This document shows, piece by piece, positions 1 through 12,740 of a DNA stretch of 37,934 bases. Positions within the stretch are counted from its first letter, which is position 1. Each line of letters begins with the position of its first letter. Where the stretch lies: positions 179,049 through 216,982 of the forward strand of contig NW_014577088.1 in NCBI RefSeq assembly GCF_000485595.1. The letters are read 5' to 3'. The notes beneath the pieces are model-generated. The model ran no database searches, was not told the DNA's origin, and worked only from the letters and a program-made list of their open reading frames with translations. The stretch comes from Priapulus caudatus (taxonomy: Eukaryota). The translations under genes and the position numbers were made by a program.

Positions 1-176
1 AGCTTCTTTTTTTTTAAATGACGGCGGCCATTTTTAAATTCAAGATGGCGGCCGAAGTTGTAGTTGGATCGCGTGTGTCCTGCTTTTAAATGAAAGAGCA
101 TACAAAAGTATGCAAGTGTACCAATTTTCATACTTTTTTCACAATTTGAACGATTTTTTTCTAATCTACTGTACTA
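1..176. mobile_element. Terminal fragment of a DNA transposon (possibly Academ-like, ending ...GTACTA)
   Basis: Opposed GGCGGCCATTTT / AAGATGGCGGCC motifs followed by tgtaccaattttcatacttttttcacaatttgaacgatt...tactgtacta, a style typical of TIR ends. The other end is outside the window. Confidence 0.3.
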
Positions 177-1279
177 AAATGCGAAAATGCAACAGAAGGA
201 CGTAGCGCAGTGCACAGCGTGTTATTTTGGTATTTGTGCCAAACTCTATCGTAGGAAACCGTTCTAGCCTAGCAGAATGCCCTAGTTCCTGAGATCGGCG
301 ATTTGGTGGTCCAATGGGTCCCTATATTTAAAAATATAAAACACTGGTGCGGCGTAGGCTGTGATTGGAAGACACGAAGTGTCAATCCTCGGCGCGCCTC
401 GGCATCATGGCCGCATCACGTCGAGAGAATGGTCGTTGAAAAGACTCACTTAAATGCTCAATTAACTGAGTAATATTTATTATCATATGATTAATTTATA
501 TTTTGTTATTTTAGAAGAAACCTTGTTATAATGAATCAATTCTAATAAAACGCAGGGTCTGAATTAACGGATGGATCGGATGGATCGGATAAATGATCGA
601 TTATCTGTTTATTGCACATGAGCTAATCACGTGTGTTTAGGTGCATTACACTAATGGAGCACACGCAAGCATGCACGCAAGCACGCAGCCACGTGCACTC
701 GTGCGCACACGCGTACACGCATAAACACGCGTACTAATAAACGTTCATACTTGATTCATCCTCCAGTTTTGCTGCAGTGAGGGCGTACCGGTGTGTGGCA
801 TTTTTTACTATCGCCCGTTTGTTAATAAAAGTGCTTGTTTGTTTTGTTTAAACACGAATTCGGCATAGCCAGACCTTTATCAAACTGTGTTCTGACATAT
901 CTGTAATAGTACCCTATGGGCTCTTTATTTAATCTGCTATGCTATACATTGAGCACACATTGGGCTAGAGCACGTATTTGACTACAAACAGTCGTATTGT
1001 TTGTTCACAGACTGGCTAACATAACAGGAAAAATTCACGCGAAAACAGAATGTGAGACAGGCGTGGGATATCGTCGGTCTTATGGCTGAGTTCGTGCGCC
1101 TGTTTCATAAGCTGCTATTAGCGTACAGCTCTCAACATGTGGTTGTATTTATAATGGAAATGGGGATTACAATAAGAGCATGTGATTTGGACAGCTTCAG
1201 CCAAATAGTTGATACAGGTGAAGTAGGTATAGGTTCACTTTGCAGCGTAGGCCTTATATATATTATCAAGAGCGTATAT

Positions 1280-1325
1280 CAAGAGCTAATAAATATTATT
1301 ATTGATTAGTATTTATTAGCTCTTG
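1280..1325. mobile_element. Mini-palindrome, P-like footprint (CAAGAGCTAATAAATA arms)
   Basis: Perfect 16-bp arms with a 14-nt AT-rich filler. Flanks cgtatat/attatat match only partly. Confidence 0.55.
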
Positions 1326-1614
1326 ATTATATATATAATCATATATAATATAGTCGTTTGTGTGTGCGTGCGTGCGTGCTTGCGTGCGGCGTGTCGTGGC
1401 GTGCGTGCGTATGTTGTGTGTGCGCGCGTGTGGTGTGTGTGTTGAATGTCATGCGTGGTGCGTCGTGTGTATATATGGGTCAATTTTAATAGAAAATCCA
1501 GGTCACGTAGGCATGTGAGAATGCACGGCACAGCAAGCACGCACGCCCCGCGAGCGCACGCACAGCCGCCATGAGTCACATCAGCCACAGTCGCGCAGCG
1601 CACAGTACACACGT

Positions 1615-4600
1615 GTATGGTGCCGAGGGCTTGCCATCTGCACAATTTTTACGCTCTGAAGATAAATAAAAGCAAAAAACAAAATCAAAAATCAAAAATC
1701 AAATTCAAAACGAAATCAAATCGAAATCAAAATCAATAATCAAAATCAAAATCAAAATCAAAATCAAAATCAGAATCAAAATCAAATTCAAAATCGAAAA
1801 CGAAATCAAATCGAAATCAACAATCAAAATCAAAAATCAAAATCAATCATAAAATCAAAATCAAAAATCAAATTAAAAATCAAGAACGAAATCAAAAATC
1901 GAAATCAAAATTCAAAATCAAAATCAAAAAGTAGAACCAAAATCAAAGTTAAAAAGCTACAAACAAAGTAAAATCAAAATCAAATCAAAAATCAAAATCA
2001 AAATCAAACAAAATCAAAATCAAAATCAAAATAAATCAAAATAAATAACGAAACAACAAATCAAAATCAAAATCAAAAGTAAAAGTGAAATTAGTTACGC
2101 TTTGCCGAGAGCTGCCTAAAGTGAATCAGTGTTTCGCGTTGGCCGAGAGCTGCAAGTGAAATTCAGTTTTCGGTTGGCCGAGAGCTGCCAAAGTGAAATC
2201 AGTTTTCGGCGTTGGCCGACGAGCTGCCAAAGTGAAATCAGTTTTCAGCGTTGGCGAGGCTGCGCAATATTTCGTTACTGTACCCGTTTGCGCAACGCTT
2301 CACTCCGGCATAGTATCCTTCTAACCTGAGTTAGTGACGGGGCGCGTATCGGAAGTGATTATACGCAGCGGCCATGTTGGATAAGATTCCAATGCTAGGA
2401 ATGAGGAAGGCGGAGAAGGGAGAAGCTGGAAGGAGAAAGGAGAAGGGAGAAGGGATGAAGGTGGTGGAAGGAAGAGGAATGGAGAAGCTGGTGAAGAAGG
2501 AGGAAAGGGGAAGAAGAAGGGGTGAGAAGGAGGAGCGGGAGAAGCTGGTGTGCAAGGAGGAGCGGAAAGGGGAAGTATGGAGAAGAAGGAGGGGGACGAA
2601 GCCTGGTCGGAGAAGGGGAGGGGGAAAAGAGAAGGTGGTGAGAAGGAGGGGGAAGGGAAAGGTGTGGAGGAGGGGCGAAACTGTAGAGGATGAGGGGAGA
2701 AGCTGGTGGATGAAGGAGGACAAGGCAAAGGAGGCAGAGAAGGGAGCTGGTGAGAGAGGGGGAGAGGAGAAGGTTCTGGTTAAGAACAGGAGGAGGGCCG
2801 AGCAAGGTGGTGGAAGTAAGGAGAGAGGGAGAAGCTGTGAGAAAAGGAAGGGAGAAGGAAGAAAGGTGGTCGGAGAAGGAGGAGGGAGCAAGCTGTGTGA
2901 AGAAGGGATGAGGGCGGAGAAGCTGTGGAGAAGGAGGAGGGGAGAAGGCTGGTGGAGAGGAGAGGAAGGGGAGAGGGAAGAGAAGAGTGTGAAGAAGGAG
3001 GTGGAGAAGCTGTGAGAGGAGGAGGGGTATAAGCGTGGAGAAGGAGGAAGGAGAGAGGAGGGGAGAAGGAGCTGGTTGGAGGATGAGGGGAGAAGTGGAG
3101 AAAGCTGGGTGAGAAGGAAGAGGGGGAGAAGCTGTCGTAGCTTCCTCCTTCGCCCACCAAGCTTCTCCTCCTTCTCCAACCAGCTTCTCACTTCTCCTCT
3201 CCCCATCCTGCTAAAACCAGCTTCTCTCCGCCTCCTTCGCCCCTTCGCTCTCCAACCAGCTTCTCCCTTCTCCCCCTCCTTCCTCCACCAGCGCCTCCTT
3301 TTCCCTCCTTCTCCCCTTACTCGCTTCTCCACCAGCTCTCCCTCCTCCTCTCCACCAGCTTTTCCCCTCGCTCCTTCTCGTACCACCGTTCTTCTCTCCA
3401 CTTCCTCCTCTCCCACCCAGCTTTCCCGCTCCTCCACATACCTTCTCCTTCTTCCCCTCCTCTCCACCACTCCTTCTCCCCTCCTTATCCCTCTCCACCT
3501 TCTCCCCCTCCTCCTCACGACGCACTCGCGATTCTCCCGCCACTCCTTCCACCCATTCTCGCTTCTTTCCACGCTTTTTTCGCCCTCCCCCCACAGCCTC
3601 TCTCGCCCTGCCTCTCAAGTTCTCCTCTTTTAACGCACCTTCTTCCTCCACGCTTCCTGCGCTCACACCAGCTTCTCCCCTCGCTGCCACAACCTCTCCA
3701 TTCGTCCCCGTCCTCCTCCAGCTAGCTCCCTTCTCCGCCCCTCCTCCATCTCCAGCTCGCTTCTCCCCTCCTCATTCCACAGCTCGCTCTTCCCCCTGCC
3801 TTCTCCACAGCTTTCTCCCCCTCCCTTACTCCACAGCTTCTCCCTCCCTCCTTCTCCACCACGCTTCTCGCCTCCTCCTTCTCACACCAGCTTCTCCGCT
3901 CCCCCTCCTCTTCCCACCCGAGCTACCGCTTATCTGCCCTCCTTCCCCTTTGCGCTCCTTCTCGCACGCCAGCTTCTCCCTCCTTCTCTACAGCTTGCTG
4001 CCCCCTCCACACTTTCTCCCTCCTGCCCCCTCCTCCTCGCACCATGCTTCTTCCCCTGCGCTTCTCCAACACGCTCTCCCTTCTCCCCTCCTCCCTTCCC
4101 ACCAGGCTCTCACCCTCCTCCTTCCCACCACCTCTCTTCTCCTCTCCCTTCCTCCTTCTGCGCACCAGCCTTCTCCATTCCTCCTTCTCCACACACGCCT
4201 TTCTCCCTTTCTCCCTTCGCTCCTTTCTCCTCCAGCTTCTCCTCTCAGTCCCTTCCTCATTCCTAGCCATATTGAATCTTATCCACAAGGCCGCCGTGCG
4301 TATAATCACTTCCATAGCGGCCCCGCACTAACTTCAGTGTAGGCGAAGGATATACCTGCGCGAGTGAAGTGTGCGAAGCGGGTACCAGTCAATATTGCAG
4401 ACTGCTCGCGCACCAAGCGCGAAACTGCATTTCACTTTGGCACTCTACGCCAACTGCGAAAACTGATTTTCACTTTGGGCAGCTCTGCGCAACGCGAAAA
4501 CTGATTAACACTTTGGCACAGCTCTCCGCCAAAGCGTAACCTCATTTCACTTTACTTTGATTTGATTTGTTTTGATTTCGTTTGATTTCGATTTTGATTT

Positions 4601-4995
4601 GATTGATTTGATTGATTATCGTTGATTTGATTTGATTTTGATTGATTTTGATTTTTCGTTTTGATTTTTATGATTTTTGAATTGATTGATTGTTGATTTT
4701 GATTTTGATTTCGTTTCGATTTTATTTGTTTTGATTTTTAGATTATTTGATTTTGATTTTGATTTGATTTTAGATTATTGATTTCGTGATTTTATGGATG
4801 ATTTTTTTTTTTGTCTGATGTTTGATTTCGTGAGAATTTGGATTTTGATTCTCGGATTTTGAATTTTGATTTGATTTTGACTTTTGATTTGATTTGATTT
4901 CGTTTGATTTGAGTTGTTGATCTTAATTTTTTTTTTTGCTTGCTTTGATTTATTTCAGAAGTTAAAATTGTAGTGGCAGCCCTGCGCCACCATAC
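1615..4995. mobile_element. 3.4-kb modular foldback element (giant imperfect palindrome)
   Basis: Ends GTATGG(1615)...CCATAC(4995), each flanked by CGT. Each arm consists of a ~60 bp unique end, (AAAATC)n, ~38-bp repeats, a ~140 bp unique segment and a GGAGAAGCTG-containing purine array. The strand switches at ~3136. Confidence 0.75.
2081..2262 (+). repeat. ~38-bp tandem repeat x5 (aaagtgaaatcagttttcggcgttggccgagagctgcc), mirrored x4 at ~4408-4552
   Basis: Units read directly; head-to-tail with no spacers. Confidence 0.85.
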
Positions 4996-5636
4996 CGTGA
5001 AATTACAGTCTCTATTGCCCTGGGGCATTATCTGTGAGTGAGGTTTGTGCAGTCTGAATATTTCAAGTTGGAGCTTCCAGCAATAAATATTATATATATA
5101 ATATATATATATATAATATATATATATTGCATAGACCAGTCCACCATATAGATCTACGCCGCTGGATAACCAGGGCAGAAGATATTCATGTGCGCTGAAG
5201 ACATAAACGCTTGCAATCAGAATTGCAAGCTACTATTTTGTTGGGTGTGGCTTCACTAAAGCCTAGCTTCTATTCAGCATTTTCCCTTGCGTACTCTTCG
5301 TTAATTTTAGGCCTTTATGTCGATAGCTTGAATGATAGATTGGGTACAGCATGAATCTGGATGGCTGCATGTTTCTTGCGCCACTTTGCCGTGCAATAAA
5401 TGCAGTCGATTCATTCACATATACGTACTGCAAGCCGTTGTTAATGCATGGAATGAGCTTCACTGATTGCATATAACTGGCCACAAATGGTTAGGCGCGT
5501 AAACTAGGCTGTCATTGTTATTTAACCTGCAGGTTAACCCTGGCACTTTCCTTGTTAGTATTACGTAGCTAGCAGTATTTGTCTGCACAACAATTGTCAG
5601 TTAATGTTTCATAGCACATTTATCTTATTAAAAACG

Positions 5637-5843
5637 TGTGTGAGTGAGTGAGTGAGTGAGTGAGTGAGGTGAGTGAGTGAGTGAGTGAGTGAGTGAGTGA
5701 TCGAGTGAGTGAGTGGTGAGATGAGTGGAGCGAGCGAGCCGAGCGAGCGTGAGTGAGTGAGTGAGTGAGTGAGTGAGTGAGAGTGAAGAGTGGAGAGTGA
5801 GAGTGAGAGTGAGAAGTGAGAGTGAGAGTGAGAGTGAGAGTGA

Positions 5844-5890
<47 letters not shown>

Positions 5891-5900
5891 AAGTGAGAGA

Positions 5901-5933
<33 letters not shown>

Positions 5934-6016
5934 CGAGTGAAGTGAGAGTGAGACGTTGAGATGTGGTGAGTGAGTGAGTGAGTGAGTGAGTGAGTGAGTA
6001 AGTGAGTGAGTGGCAG

Positions 6017-6048
<32 letters not shown>

Positions 6049-6058
6049 TGTGAGTGAG
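5637..6058. repeat. (GAGT)n/(GAGAGT)n/(GCGT)n compound microsatellite
   Basis: Direct reading. Confidence 0.95.
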
Positions 6059-6429
6059 TCCAATCAATGCTCAACAAATCGGTGTACTTGTTATATTTCT
6101 ACACTGATGTATTGTTCCTTATATAAACAATAATAATATAATTGCTGGTATTCTCATTTGTGATGTAAACTCACTTTTCCACATTTCAATACTATGCGCA
6201 CAACACCTTTGATTGATCACTCGTTCATAATACTTGCGCCTGCATTTTAACAGGGCGCGATTTTTCGATGTCCTGCAATAGAATTTTTGATTGAGCTTAC
6301 TTATAGGCAGTTCTTACCTCTGGCATGCATGGTTTATTCACATTGTTTGATTGATAAATTTCTATATTGGCTTTTTCAATATAAGTGAAGTGCCAGTATA
6401 CGCTGGAGCATCCGCCCGGAGTGTTCGCA

Positions 6430-6540
6430 GCAAATTGTCGTCCTGCACAAATTGCGTCGGCGACAATTGTGCAAAATTGCAAAACCTCACACCACAAATT
6501 GTGTCTGCGTGCAGCAATTGGTCGTCGGCGACATTTTTGC
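6430..6540. repeat. Dispersed repeat with acaaattgtcgtcggcgacaatttgtg palindromic motifs; inverted partial copy at ~17509-17570
   Basis: 6430-6486 aligns with the reverse complement of 17510-17568. Confidence 0.55.
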
Positions 6541-6842
6541 CTGGCTCTTGCCGTTCCCAATTTAAATTTCACTGGCGACAAGCATTGGTGCAGGCAAATG
6601 AAACCTAAAATGCACATAATTTGCGCCGCTTGCACAAATTTCGTCAGTTCGCTTGTCGATTAAAAGATGGATATGATCGATTGATGATGAGGATGATTGA
6701 TGATGATGATGCATTGATGATGATGTGATGTGATGAAATCTTTACTTCTAGTCTTCGGGCCTCGCTTTACCTAAGAATATGTTTAGAGCTTGAGTAAGCT
6801 GTATCAAGCTTATTTAGCATTCATGAAAACTTTGGCTCCCTT

Positions 6843-6938
6843 GTTGTGTGCGTGGTGTTCGTGGGGTGCATATGTGTGGGTGCGTATGCTGTGGTGTGTG
6901 TGTGTGTTGCTGTGTGGCATGTGTGTGTGTGTGGTGGG

Positions 6939-6984
<46 letters not shown>

Positions 6985-7185
6985 TGTCGTGTGTGTGTGT
7001 GATGTGAGTGTGTGTGTGTGTGGTGTAGTGTGTGGTGTGGTGTTGCGGTGGGCGTGCGCTGCGTGCGTGCTTGCGTGCGCTGCGTGGCGGCCGTGTTGTG
7101 TGTGTGTCGTTGTTTGTGGTTGCTGTGTGTTGTGTGGTGTGTATTGTGTGTGGAGTTTGTGGTTGTGTGTGTTCGTGGGTCTGGG

Positions 7186-7229
<44 letters not shown>

Positions 7230-7268
7230 CGCCTAGCGTGCACGTTTGTGTGTGTCTGCGTGTGCGTC
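6843..7268. repeat. Degenerate (GT)n microsatellite
   Basis: Direct reading. Confidence 0.95.
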
Positions 7269-7461
7269 GCGGGGCGGAGGAACGGAACATTCAACACAAG
7301 CCCCCTCCCCGCCCCCACACCCAAGTGTTCGTTAACTAGTCATGTTATGTATATCAGTCATTTTACAATAAAATTGAAATCATAGTATGCCTAACAGTAA
7401 TAATAATAACAATAATGATAATAATAATAATAATAATAAGAATTAGGATGATGATAATAAT

Positions 7462-7769
7462 GTCTCGGAAGGGTGTGTTAACTATAGTCGTGTGTACAAG
7501 TCTTTTTTAGAGAAATTGAAATAATGATGATAACACTTTTTGTTGAGGTCTGCTTATGATGGCGGTCTCCTGCATTACTTATATTATGATTATTCTTTGT
7601 ATATTACGTACGGAATGAATCTGATTACATTTTATTGTTATATATTATGTCTTTGGCAAAAAAACAAGCTATACAAAGATTTGTTTTCAGAAATATATTC
7701 AATGTAATGTATCTGTTTCAAATATCTTGGAAAAATGCAGAAATAAACTTGAATTGAATTGAATTGAAT
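7462..7769 (+). mobile_element. Probable 3' end of a 5'-truncated non-LTR retroelement
   Basis: AATAAA immediately followed by a (TTGAA)4 tail, embedded between (AAT)n tracts. The 5' boundary is approximate. Confidence 0.35.
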
Positions 7770-7835
7770 AATAATAATAATAATAGCTAGTCTTGCCTAC
7801 CAGTCGTTTTAATACTGAAATTCAAACAATGATAA

Positions 7836-7960
7836 TCTTACTATAAATTGGGGATTTTCTGTGTGTGTGCCCGGCTATACGTTTCCGCACCGCTGAACGG
7901 ATCCTCTCCAAACTTAGTCGGAACATTCTACAGATCATGACACGTTGCATGGGCTATTTT
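7836..7960 (+). mobile_element. Possible 5' end of a non-autonomous Helitron
   Basis: A|TCTTACTATAAA start followed by short (GT)n and ...gaacggatcctctccaaactt. No confident 3' end found. Confidence 0.3.
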
Positions 7961-7968
7961 TTTTACTG

Positions 7969-8110
7969 TTTTATCAGCTCACCTTGACATCGTCAAGCTG
8001 AGCTATTGCCATGGGTCGTCGTTCGTCGTACGTCCGTCCGTCCGTCAACATTTGGCTACGGTCAACGATAACTCAGGAACCGTTTGACCCACATGTTTGA
8101 AATTGGGTAA
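7969..8110 (+). mobile_element. 5' part of a Helentron-associated (HINE/DINE-1-like) element
   Basis: T-run, hairpin agctcaccttgac-atc-gtcaagctgagct, then (CGTC)n. Same architecture as 26767-27662. 3' end not located. Confidence 0.55.
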
Positions 8111-9312
8111 AGTTGTTACTGCTATGCTCCCATATTGAACGTCCTAAATTGGAGCACGCCAGTCGACGTACTTTCGAGCCACGGCAATTTTTTGGAAAAA
8201 ATGGGAATTGCCATTAGTCAGTTCAGGTTCAACGGATTTTGCTCATTTTTGGTATGTGAATGAATAAGGGCTAGGGGTTTCGATATTTAAAAAAAATTAT
8301 GCAAATTAGGTAGGTTTTGGCAATTATAGAGCATATTATTTAGACACGCAGATAACAAACAGTCTATGGTGTCACACTCGTCTGGTTCGTTTTAATCTAA
8401 AATCTTAATATCTTTAATGCAAAATTGGTATTTTCTCTCCACCCTGCCGATAAAACGTCTATATTAGAGTAAAGTTTTACAAAACATGTCGGAACGCAGC
8501 ATAACCTATTTATTTCGAACGCCATCGCTAAGAAACATCAAAGCGGGTATAGCGCCATCTACCGTCAATTTGTGATCATTTTGCCGTTTATAAATTATTA
8601 TTGCGCTTATACAGATGGCAACCGTGTGCTACCGCCTATAAAAACTCATACGAAGTAAACACTTCCATGCAACCAATTAACCTTTGACAAAAGTTGTGTT
8701 ATGGGCAGGGAAACACTATTGTCACGTGGTATATAGCAGCTACGTGGAATAAGCGTATCCTCTCAATCTTACACGTTACACATCGGGAGCTCCGCTTTTA
8801 GGCAGTGCCTAAATCTGAATATTATAAAAACGTTAAATGGCGATCATTTAGGTGTAACGCTATCACTCGCCCACATCTCAGACTTTCACATCTCAAACAT
8901 TTGTATAACCAAAGGCGCTCCATCTAAGATTTTCTAAGTCGCTCCATCTAATCTAACCAAAGAAATGTTATACATTGTTTTTACATTGTTTCTTAAATGG
9001 AGCGCATTTCGTTATGCATCGACAAGATACCGCCTGCAAGAAAGTCGCCCGCTGTCAAGAAACTGTTGATGTCGCTTTGCGATGACAGTCAACAAGTTAC
9101 GTCAAGGACAAGGACAGTCCCTTCACCGTGTCGGCGTCTACACGGTCAAAGACTTCTTCAGTCACTGCTAGCCGCGTGGGAAGTGCCCTGCAGCTAAAGA
9201 TTCTAGCTGTAGACGCCAAGGACACAACTAAACGTTCCATCATGAACAATGTGGTCTACACAGAAGTTCTGACCACCTAACGGGCATGGACTAGCAGTAA
9301 TAATGATATCAA

Positions 9313-9340
9313 CAAGAGCTAATAATATTATTAGCGTATG
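9313..9340. mobile_element. Mini-palindrome, P-like footprint (CAAGAGCTAATAAT family)
   Basis: caagagctaataatattattagcgtatg, flanked by an exact 7-bp direct repeat ATATCAA. Confidence 0.55.
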
Positions 9341-11519
9341 ATATCAATCATAATAATATTTTAAATATTATATTGTAATAATGTTTAAAATTATAATAAC
9401 CCTTTTACTTAAATCTTTGATACGGCCCTGAACTAATTTGAAGATCTTATTCTCTGTGTTAACCTGTATATTATGTATGTTAACACACAAACACACGTAC
9501 ACATAGGCGAAGCAAATTTTGTCGAAGTTCTCTCCCAAGCAATGTCAATGATGCATCCGCAAGTGGAGCGAGTTACCATAGGAATGGTATACTATATTGT
9601 GCGAGGGAGCGTAGCGATTTTTTATTTTGAAGTAGTGTCTATGTTATGTTTTACACTGAGTTTCGTTTAATACTCACATGCACAATACATACGGAAGAAG
9701 TACGGTGAAATACAAGTAAGGGCGATGAAGTACATGTACTGCTCCAACTTCCAAGAGTAAAGCGCAGTGGAAACTGGCAAATTAATTTCTTCAATTAACA
9801 CAAGTTTTATTTTTAACGCATAAAAGTGGCGTAATACCAGAACAAACGAATCACAAACTGTTTCCCCTGCTTTTCGCAATCTCCCTGCATGCAGATTACG
9901 GAAATGGGAATTTAAATGACTCGCTATCTAATGGACCCTTCGAACATTGCCAATTGTCCCCATTGGTGCGTTATTGGCATTATCACAAGCATTAACGTCA
10001 CTATGTCGACATTTGTTTATTATTACCACTCATCATCGTAATCACACCAATTATCATAATACGCACGATGATCATCGTCATTGTATAATTTCTATTATAC
10101 ATAAAACAACTAAACTGAGGGCAATACAAATACCATGGCTGCTTGCTCAGCACAAATGAAACTAGAAAATGACGTTGGGATGGAACACAGGTGCATTCTC
10201 CGGACGATTACATTTTTTAACTCGTCCTGAAAAACATGTAAACCTAAAAACAACAATTTTGAACATAATTAATGATGATGAAGAAATGTGGCATTGAGGT
10301 ACTCTAAATGTGGAAATTGGACCATTGCTCCTGTATATATAAGCCACAAGACTGGAAGCAACTCCGCCAAAAATTCCAAGTACCTAAAGTCTCACATGAT
10401 ACTCTTCTTTCTTAGGTTTAAAGTCTTATAATATCGGTTTTTTTATTGTGATCTAGTCAGGATGACCTCTGAAACTTTAACCACAACTCTAACCAAGTTT
10501 AAAGGGTAGGTATCATTTAATAACGTTTTAAAGGTTTTAGGTCATTGAATCCTTATTCCTTGACGAAACACACAACATATGATCAAGGAGACTCTAGATA
10601 CTAACTAATTTTAACCATATTTCCAAACAATTTGCCACTCGGCATTGAAATTACAACCATAAAAAAACTTTAACATGGAAGTTGGACGACGCTGTCGCCA
10701 CTACGATAAACAGTAACGCAAAAATTTGCTAATCATGTATGTATACAGTGTGAGTTAAAAAAAGGAAACCCAAATTCACCCCAAAATTTCTCAAAACCTA
10801 TCAAAGATATAATATAAAGTCTAGCGCACACACCCGAGCAAAACACCCTGAACGTGGAGCAAAACGTGTTTCGCTCGATGTTCGTGGCTGTGTGCGGATT
10901 CCCGAAACAAAAAACATTGCTCAGCTGAGCGTGTTTTGCTGAACAAGCAATGTTTGATTCGCGGAACGTGTTTTCGCCTGAGCGTACGAGAAGAGAGAGA
11001 TAAAAATAACCGTTATATAGTTTTATTGTTTCTTACTAGTTTACGAATAATTCCATTCCATTGACATGTTTTGCCAAAATTACTGTGTGCAGTCATCCGT
11101 GACCGAATATGTATGAACAATGTACCATATGAAAGGTAAATAATTATACTATCAGTCCCTTATATCATCTTAAGCCTAGGCGCACACACCCGAGCAAACG
11201 GAAATTTTGTTTTCCAGCGTTTTCGCGTTCTGCTCGGCGAGCAAGCGCACACGCGCCACCCGACACACCACACAGCTGAGCAAAACATACAGAAACACTG
11301 CGGTACAGCGCCGCTGTCACATGACATCAAAAATGCCATCCAATGGCATCACTAATTTGTGTGTCATGTAATATTTTTCAAGGTATATTTGATTAGAGAC
11401 CAGTCTGTGCGCGTTTGCGCTGTTGTAGCAGAGAACGATTGACGCCACACACCGGAGCAAAACGTACGCTGACAGGCAAAGGCGTCGGTAAGCTAATAAA
11501 ATAGTGCGGCGGCTTTTGC

Positions 11520-11701
11520 AGTGGCGTACGCGCAGGATTTTCTAAATGGGGGTAGGCTAGGGGCACGGGCGAAGGGGGGTCTGGGGGGCTCTCCCCAGCG
11601 GAATTTTTTGAATTAGCACCTGCCTCAGATTGCGTTTTCTGGCCGCGAGCATGGGGGGTCCGGACGCCTGGACCCCCCCTGCCTCTGTCACACGCCCGCT
11701 G
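11520..11701. mobile_element. hAT-like MITE remnant
   Basis: Ends CAGTGGCGT...ACGCCCGCTG with internal gggggtccgg/ggaccccccc G- and C-runs. No TSD detected. Confidence 0.4.
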
Positions 11702-11995
11702 GAACTGTAGACTGATTACGGTGTGCGCTTTGCACTGACGGGTTGGGGGTCCGGGGGTAGATTCAATGGATTCAATCAAAGCTGCGTACGCAAAATTATT
11801 TTTGGCGTAAATCTTTGTGTGCGTACGCAATCGGAGCGTTGCTTAAGTTGCGATTTATCAACGCAGTTATTTAGTAAATTGCGTACGCATTTCGCGTACG
11901 CCAAAGCGAAGGACCGTTTTAGGTGGTGGGGGGCGATTCATAAAGGAGAGCTAAAATTTTACGTAAACCTTTGCGTAGCGGAGTGTGTATGTGTC

Positions 11996-12076
11996 AGAGA
12001 GAGAGAGAGAGAGAGAGAGAGACGAGAGAGAGAGAGAGAGAGGTGAGTGCGCGCGCGCGGCGCAGGCGCGGTGTGG

Positions 12077-12135
<59 letters not shown>

Positions 12136-12197
12136 GAGAGAGAGAGAGAGAGGCGGTGTGGCGTGTTTGTGTTTGTTGTATGTGCGCAAGAGAGGAG

Positions 12198-12234
<37 letters not shown>

Positions 12235-12438
12235 GGAGAGGGAGGGAATGGAGGGGGGTATGTGAGGGAGAAAGAGAAGAGATAGAGAAGAGAAGAGAGA
12301 GAGAGAGAAATAGAAGGCGCGCGAGGCGAGAGAAGAGAGAGAAAGTAGAGAGAGAGAGAAATAGAGGCGCGAGCGAGAGAGAGAGAGAAGAGAGAGAGAG
12401 AAGAGAGGCGCGCGAGCGAGGAGAGAGAGGAGAGAGAG

Positions 12439-12469
<31 letters not shown>

Positions 12470-12579
12470 GCGAGAGACTTGAAACAGAGAAGTGTGTGTG
12501 CGCGCGCGCGCGGTGGGTGTGTGAGAGTAGAGAGAGAGAGAGAGAGAGAGAGCTGTGCGTGATTGTGCTGTGGCTGTGG

Positions 12580-12613
<34 letters not shown>

Positions 12614-12740
12614 CTGTGTGTGTAGTGTGTGTGTGTGTGTGTGCTGTGTGTGTTGTGCGTGCGTGCAGTGCCGTGCGTGGTGGCGTGCGTGAGAGTAGAG
12701 AGAGAGTGTGTGGCGTGTTTGTGGCTGTGTGTGTTTGTTT
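11996..12740. repeat. Compound (GA)n/(GT)n microsatellite
   Basis: Direct reading. Confidence 0.95.

Noticed and set aside
2081..2262. CRISPR-like array of ~38-bp repeats
   Set aside because: Units are head-to-tail with no unique spacers, there are no cas genes, the context is eukaryotic, and the array is part of a foldback arm.
2321..4342. Long ORFs (up to 413 aa) on both strands
   Set aside because: They are translations of stop-poor GA/CT tandem arrays and are open in many frames.
9270..9297. Helitron 3' end pairing with the 5' end at 7836
   Set aside because: CTAG is present, but there is no clear subterminal hairpin and it is not followed by T.
10745..11290. Tc1-like end (TA|CAGTGTGAG) and two same-orientation Harbinger-like ends (agYctag(g)cgcacacacccgagcaaa)
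   Set aside because: Unpaired fragments with no matching opposite TIR or TSD; probably TE debris but not definable.
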